DNA of 32,223 nucleotides, from assembly GCA_038893995.1 (NCBI GenBank), contig JAWAQK010000024.1:1-32223 (forward strand). Direction: 5' to 3'. How positions within the stretch are numbered: the stretch's first letter is position 1; the number at the start of each line of letters is the position of its first letter. The notes beneath the pieces were generated by a model that saw nothing but the letters and a program-made list of their open reading frames with translations, had not been told where the DNA came from and did not search any database. Below are positions 27,307 through 32,223 of this stretch, piece after piece. A program made the translations under genes and the position numbers. This DNA comes from Candidatus Thorarchaeota archaeon (lineage in GTDB: Archaea > Asgardarchaeota > Thorarchaeia > Thorarchaeales > Thorarchaeaceae).

Positions 27307-28254
27307 CTATGCATGTTCAGAATCTTTTCGGATCAGCCTCAGCGTCTTCCCCTTGTACTGGAGTATGATCTGAAGCGCCTGGAAGTACTGGATGCCAAGT
27401 GATGAAGATATCTGCTGGAGGGTCCTTGTACCGTCACAGAGTTCGAGGACTGCCCTATGTTCCTTCTTCACCTTGGTAATGTCTCCCTCGAACAGGGGAC
27501 AGTCTACTATCTCCCGGATACCAGTGACTTGCGCAACTGGACACTCGAGTGTCACGGCCCGCTTCGAGGCGCACACCCTGATAATGTCCTTGACCTGTTC
27601 TACGTCTCTCGCAAGCTCCCTCGATATCTTAGCAACGGTACGCTTGTCATCGACTAGTAGAAGGACATCTGTGACTGCCGGTGACGTGAGAGATCGAAGT
27701 TCGTTGAACAGAGGGGACCCATAGAGTATGGCCTCGTTGTAGCGTCGTCCCCTCATGACCACACAGCCATGGTCGACCGCTATGGTCTCGATGGGAATGT
27801 CCGCTTGATCCTCTTCAGTGGAAACAGGTTCTCGCGTTGCCTCGATAACGTCAGAAGAGGTCTTCTCGGTCTGAGGAAGTTCAACGGTGGCAGTGGACGT
27901 CGACATAGATGTGGTCATCATGAGCTCGGTCGGGGGCGGAGGAAGGTCGACCTGTTCCAGTATGACTGCTACTTCTCTGGTCTTCTGAAGGGCAATACCG
28001 AGCTGCGCCTCGCTAAAGAGCACTGCCAAGACCCAATCGGGATTGATCCTGGCCACCACCAGAGTGCCACTACCGGTCATCACATTCATCATTCTGAGAG
28101 TAGATGAGTACGTCCTGACGGTGGCCGCAACCTGTGGGAATACGGCCTCGGGTAGGTTGAAGGAGAGGAACGGCTGACCGTCGTTGGTGACCAGCGCATA
28201 ACCGAGGACGGTCTCGTCAAACTTGAGTTTGCTCAGGGCCCGTTCCAGCTCCAA
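27307..28254 (-). CDS. Roadblock/LC7-like domain + Pro/Thr-rich linker + two winged helices (paralog B)
   Basis: LERALSKLKFDETVLGYALVTNDG, LGIALQKTR, LPPPPT, VDDKRTVAKIS, LCDGTRTLQQIS; clearly homologous to 24456-25454. Confidence 0.65.
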   Translation of the reverse strand: MELERALSKLKFDETVLGYALVTNDGQPFLSFNLPEAVFPQVAATVRTYSSTLRMMNVMTGSGTLVVARINPDWVLAVLFSEAQLGIALQKTREVAVILEQVDLPPPPTELMMTTSMSTSTATVELPQTEKTSSDVIEATREPVSTEEDQADIPIETIAVDHGCVVMRGRRYNEAILYGSPLFNELRSLTSPAVTDVLLLVDDKRTVAKISRELARDVEQVKDIIRVCASKRAVTLECPVAQVTGIREIVDCPLFEGDITKVKKEHRAVLELCDGTRTLQQISSSLGIQYFQALQIILQYKGKTLRLIRKDSEHA

Positions 28255-28334
28255 GGCGGACCAGCACCTCCGGTTCTACTCTGTATGAGGATTGGTACCG
28301 TATCTTAAGTAGATTCTTCCGGTAAGGGGGGGGG

Positions 28335-29396
28335 TCATGGTCGACCACTTGTGAGGAACCGAGAGACCTCCTGGGCAGTCGGGTGCCGTGCCTCAGCAGA
28401 CGAAACGTACAGGGCGGCCACAGCATTTGCCAGCGTGAGCCGAGCTCTGTCGTCTAGACCGTAGAGGATACCACATATGTTGCCTGCATTCCATGAGTCG
28501 CCCGCGCCACATACCACCCTTGGGGTAACCGTAAATGCAGGGACCGTGCACACATGGCCGTCGCCTATTGTCGATGCGAAGCGGGGTGTATGAAGATCAA
28601 CTCTGACTCCGGTCTCCTCAGCAACCAGTAGTGCGGCCTCTGGCCAGAGTTCAGGAGTCTGGACTAGATTTCGCCACCTGTCGTCCGAGGGAGCCAGAGT
28701 ACGAGCCAGCCAACCAGCCTCATTCTCGTTCATGCTCAGGGTATCGACAAGACCTTCCCTCATGGCCTGAATCAGGCCGGGAATGATGTCAGGTTGACCA
28801 GATGGGTCACCAATATCGATGAAGGTGTGCGCAGACGATTCTCCACGTACAAATGTGAACAGGTCACGCACTAGGCCTACAGCACCTCGGTTATGGTTGA
28901 GGCACAAGAGAGCGACTAGACTGGCTTGCCTGATCGATTCGAGATCGCTAGGGGTCAGGTCAGCAAATGAGAAGTCTGCAGCAGATCCGCTGTCACTGAC
29001 CATCACGTTGACTCTACGACCACGATGAGATGCTTCAATCGAGACAGTCGACGAGAGACGTCCAGTCGTGTTCACATGACCCAGATCGAGACTGGGGCTG
29101 ACCAGGCTCTTCAGCAGGTTCAGTCCCTGTGAGTCAGTCTTGACAATGAGAGTGGGAGTGACCCCCAGGTTGAGAAGAGCCGATGCGGTATTTACCGAGT
29201 TCCCACCGCGTCTTATCAGGTGCCGTGAACCAATCAGGTTGCCACCTCCCTGCAGCGCCAGGGCACGAACACTCTCAACAAATGAGTCAAGTTCATCAAG
29301 AATGACAAAGTGGTCAACAAAAAAGTCGGGTAGTATGACAGGAGGTCTAACATCTGGCGGGTTCTGAAGTTTCTCCAAAATGATCTCGTGATTCAC
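28335..29396 (-). CDS. PfkB/ribokinase-family carbohydrate kinase
   Basis: GGNSVNTA, NENEA, CGAGDSWNAG, ANAVAA. Confidence 0.88.
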   Translation of the reverse strand: MNHEIILEKLQNPPDVRPPVILPDFFVDHFVILDELDSFVESVRALALQGGGNLIGSRHLIRRGGNSVNTASALLNLGVTPTLIVKTDSQGLNLLKSLVSPSLDLGHVNTTGRLSSTVSIEASHRGRRVNVMVSDSGSAADFSFADLTPSDLESIRQASLVALLCLNHNRGAVGLVRDLFTFVRGESSAHTFIDIGDPSGQPDIIPGLIQAMREGLVDTLSMNENEAGWLARTLAPSDDRWRNLVQTPELWPEAALLVAEETGVRVDLHTPRFASTIGDGHVCTVPAFTVTPRVVCGAGDSWNAGNICGILYGLDDRARLTLANAVAALYVSSAEARHPTAQEVSRFLTSGRP

Positions 29397-29565
29397 TCTG
29401 GACCTCCTCCAACTCTACCGCCGTGAGATGGATCCCTGTTCAGGTACGGGCATATGCAGAGGACGGGATCGGCCTCGATGTCATCTTTTTTCAATCGTCA
29501 TCAGTTGTTGTCACTTTCCGTTGCCAGATGCGCCGGTACGTGCTCTGAAACTGGTATCCTGCCGC

Positions 29566-29826
29566 CTACTCAGATCCCTCTTCGGTCGATTGGGAGTCTG
29601 TAGTAGACTCTAGGGAACGGATCTCTGAGATGAACTCTTTCAGTATGTCCACATTCATGCTGTGTGTAGTCCGTCTTCGTCTGTCAACAATCAGGCCCAT
29701 CATCGGAGCCTCTCTTGGGCGTATTCCAGCAGCCCGAATCTCTCCGATACTGAAGCCACGTCCACGTCTCGGTTTCTTGCTCTCGGGAGAGAGCACCATA
29801 GCCTCAACAATTACCTTCTGACTCAT
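29566..29826 (-). CDS. rpl13e: Ribosomal protein L13e (eL13)
   Basis: R.GRGFSIGEI.AAGI...A...G..VD.RRRT.H..NV..L. Confidence 0.9.
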   Translation of the reverse strand: MSQKVIVEAMVLSPESKKPRRGRGFSIGEIRAAGIRPREAPMMGLIVDRRRRTTHSMNVDILKEFISEIRSLESTTDSQSTEEGSE

Positions 29827-29882
29827 CGTACCACCTAGTAAGAGTGACGCCCAGCTGACCGTATATTAGAGTTGCGTCGGTA

Positions 29883-30003
29883 GTTCATACCCGGTAGATC
29901 AGATACGATATGACACGAGATATGCGCCAGTCGCGCCTATACGGTCACTACTGCGTGGGAGAGACACACTGGCAAGAGCTCGCGTCGTGTCACCGGGTAG
30001 AAC
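29883..30003 (+). ncRNA. Candidate structured RNA (long bulged hairpin)
   Basis: Nested complementary blocks in an intergenic gap; see findings. Confidence 0.35.
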
Positions 30004-30017
30004 AGCTAAGGACAGAT

Positions 30018-30842
30018 TCAGAACCGGTCCAGGGTCGATTGACTCAATGAGGCCTTTCTGAGCACTCGAGCAATTTTTGCCTCCTGATGTGGAGTGGCTA
30101 GGCCAAGCTCATGGAGCATCTGAAGCGCATTGAGCGGGGCATTCCCTTCAAAGTGGTTATTGAAGTAGCCGAGGACCGTACCTGTCTGTTCCTGTAGTGT
30201 ACGCAGCCGGGAGACCCAAGTCTTCAGCTCATCGACCGAATATAGATAGTCATACCAGACTCTAGTACCATGACCATGCCATCTTACATATGAGAAGTCA
30301 GTCGTGACCCGGAGATCGATAGGGAGTCTTGGCTCATCCACCACAACGTAGGCAATTCCGTAACGCTCGAGTAACCCAAATACTCTCGAGCAGAGCCAAC
30401 TCTCATGACGAAACTCGATCGCATATCTGAAGTCCTGGTCGAGGGAAGAGAGGAACTCCTCTAGGTCACCCATTGCGGAAATGTCCCATGGCGGTAGCTG
30501 GATCAGAAGGACCTGCAGGACACTGCTGATGGGTTTCACCAAGTCATAGAATCTCTGCAGTACATCGCCTCCTTTCTTGACATCCAGACGGGCCTCGTGC
30601 GTCACAGCACGGGGGATCTTGGCACTGAAGAACTTGCCAAGCTGTTCTGTCCTCGCAAGACTCCCGATCAGTCTTTCTCGGGGAAGTGAATAGAATGTTG
30701 AGTTTATCTCGGCCGTATCAAAGTAGGAGAGATACTGTCTGAACATTGAGGAACCGGAGGAGTAGAAGGAACCCACCCAGTCGTCGGGATATGACCACCC
30801 ACTAGTACCTATATGGATGCCCTTCCGTAGGATCAGGTTCAC
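30018..30842 (-). CDS. DUF72 (YecE-like TIM-barrel) protein
   Basis: IGTSGWSY.DW, EINSTFY, K.P..VTH, QLPP, EFRH.SW, YVRWHG, YDYLYS..EL..W, YFNN. Likely GTG 30842; the ORF extends to 30902. Confidence 0.9.
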   Translation of the reverse strand: MNLILRKGIHIGTSGWSYPDDWVGSFYSSGSSMFRQYLSYFDTAEINSTFYSLPRERLIGSLARTEQLGKFFSAKIPRAVTHEARLDVKKGGDVLQRFYDLVKPISSVLQVLLIQLPPWDISAMGDLEEFLSSLDQDFRYAIEFRHESWLCSRVFGLLERYGIAYVVVDEPRLPIDLRVTTDFSYVRWHGHGTRVWYDYLYSVDELKTWVSRLRTLQEQTGTVLGYFNNHFEGNAPLNALQMLHELGLATPHQEAKIARVLRKASLSQSTLDRF

Positions 30843-30924
30843 CACATCACCTAGTGCAATCCGGAGTTGTACACGGCAAGACATAGATAAGTCTGTGTTC
30901 ATAGATCATTCTGGGGACCACAAC

Positions 30925-31245
30925 ATGAAAGCTGAAAGGGTCAAGGTCGAGCTCTCAAACCTACAGACTCACTTTGGGAGTCTTGATGGTTCTGGGTTCA
31001 AGATGAAGGGCGATATGATATATGAACAGCAGATGCTGACAATCGAGGGCGAGGGCAAGAGGGTGCGACTTCACGCACGCAACATTGCACGTGCTAGTCT
31101 CGACAAGAAGAAGATGAGTATATCTGCAATGAATTTTGAGATAGTAGACAAGAATGGAGACACGAGTGTTGTGAGTGGGTCACTGGTGATCGAGTTTCCC
31201 GACGAGAAGCAGGCACAGTCATGGTACGGAGAGGTCTGGGGATAG
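30925..31245 (+). CDS. Small beta-rich protein, possible PH-like fold
   Basis: 106 aa of beta strands ending in IEFPDEKQAQSWYGEVW helix; ATG 30925. Confidence 0.55.
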   Translation: MKAERVKVELSNLQTHFGSLDGSGFKMKGDMIYEQQMLTIEGEGKRVRLHARNIARASLDKKKMSISAMNFEIVDKNGDTSVVSGSLVIEFPDEKQAQSWYGEVWG

Positions 31246-31327
31246 TGCCAGGGACAGCGAGAACACGTCAATGGGTTTTTGAGCGGGATATTTTGCGTTA
31301 CCCCACCAATGTCGGAAGTGCAAGCAC

Positions 31328-32223
31328 ATGTCAGACCCATTTCGGTTCATACAGTTCCAGTTCTGTGACCTGCTCGGACACATGAGAGCCATGATCGTAC
31401 CCTGTAAGCCAGCGAGCTCACTTGAGGAGGTCGCTGAGGACCCAGTGATGAGTGAGGGTACCAGCATTGATGGCAGCTCGGCAGGATTCGCCACAGTTGA
31501 GGCCTCGGACCTGAAACTGATCCCAGACCCGAGCACATTGGTGGAGATACCATACTTGGAACACAGGACTGCTGCAGTCATGTGTTATGTTGAGAGGAAG
31601 GGGAAGGGGGGTACTTACCCGCTCGACTCGAGAGGGGTGCTGAGGTCAGTATGCTCCAGACTCCTGACGAGCAGGAGACAATTGATGGTCAAGACTGAGC
31701 CAGAGTTCTACTTCATAAGCTCTGACGGAGAACTCGTTGACCATGCCAGATACGCAGATGTCTACCCTCTCAGTCCTGCTGCGGATGCGCTCACAGAGAT
31801 CGCCGCAGTCGTTCAGGACATGGGAATGAGAGTCAGGGTCGTTCACCACGAGGCTGGAGAGTCCCAACAAGAGATAGAGCTAGACTACGACGACACCATT
31901 AGGATGGCGGACAACCTGCTCCGTTTCAAGAACGTAGCAAGGGCGATAACCAGAGAAAGAGGGCTTGATGTGACATTCATGCCAAAGCCCTTCGAGGATA
32001 TGGCGGGTAGTGGACTTCACTGCCATATGCAGCTCTGGGAAGGAGATAGGAATCTATTCGGTGCCGGAGAGGGGCAGTTGTCCGAAACTGCAGAGATGTT
32101 TGCTGCAGGGCTACTGAAGCATGCGCCGGCCATCACTGCGATAGCCAATCCTACAGTAAACTCATACAAGAGGCTAGTACCACACCATGAGGCGCCCGTA
32201 TACATCTGCTGGGGGCCAGTGAA
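31328..32223 (+). CDS. glnA: Glutamine synthetase type I family (partial, runs off window)
   Basis: Manual translation: FIQFQFCDLLG, DGSS, SDL.L.PD, EPEFY, HHE...QQEI, TFMPKP, GSGLHCH, NPTVNSYKRLVP..EAP. Confidence 0.92.
   Translation, partial: MSDPFRFIQFQFCDLLGHMRAMIVPCKPASSLEEVAEDPVMSEGTSIDGSSAGFATVEASDLKLIPDPSTLVEIPYLEHRTAAVMCYVERKGKGGTYPLDSRGVLRSVCSRLLTSRRQLMVKTEPEFYFISSDGELVDHARYADVYPLSPAADALTEIAAVVQDMGMRVRVVHHEAGESQQEIELDYDDTIRMADNLLRFKNVARAITRERGLDVTFMPKPFEDMAGSGLHCHMQLWEGDRNLFGAGEGQLSETAEMFAAGLLKHAPAITAIANPTVNSYKRLVPHHEAPVYICWGPV

Noticed and set aside
29883-30003. 5S rRNA, tRNA or SECIS identity for the long hairpin
   Set aside because: No 5S conserved motifs, no cloverleaf or TTCGA loop, and no adjacent in-frame UGA selenoprotein gene on the supported strand
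31219-32205. Minus-strand ORFs at the window end
   Set aside because: Shadows of glnA on the + strand
1-32223. CRISPR arrays, transposases/integrases, defence systems, rRNA/tRNA genes
   Set aside because: No regularly spaced repeats or diagnostic motifs seen by eye; tRNAscan-SE and a repeat finder would be needed to exclude them formally

Overview
Gene-dense, GC-rich archaeal window, most likely from an Asgard archaeon (Thorarchaeota-like). The taxonomy is inferred from the gene set: class I LysRS, class I CCA enzyme, S26e, L13e, TrmY, a Rab-like GTPase, roadblock proteins and Bet3/TRAPP-like proteins. Housekeeping genes (ino1, M42 peptidase, XPF, cca, rps26e, trmY, lysS, pfkB kinase, rpl13e, partial glnA) are interleaved with putative eukaryotic-signature proteins. 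The most striking locus is 23333-28254: a duplicated module of [roadblock + polyPro linker + 2x winged helix] followed by a [Bet3/TRAPPC-like V4R] gene, a third V4R gene, and two convergent related membrane proteins. It resembles a proto-TRAPP or GTPase-regulator complex. A second locus (6743-10273) has a Rab-like GTPase divergent from an operon encoding an RHH regulator (with tandem palindromic operators), a minimal FtsX/FtsE-like ABC system and a SNAP/TPR-like + PCI-domain protein. The window also contains a uDENN/longin-like gene (partial, not in the ORF track), a PH-like protein, a candidate cobalamin ECF uptake cluster and a ~120-nt rod-like candidate ncRNA. No tRNA, rRNA, CRISPR array or mobile element was recognised. 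All domain calls come from reading motifs by eye, not from database searches.
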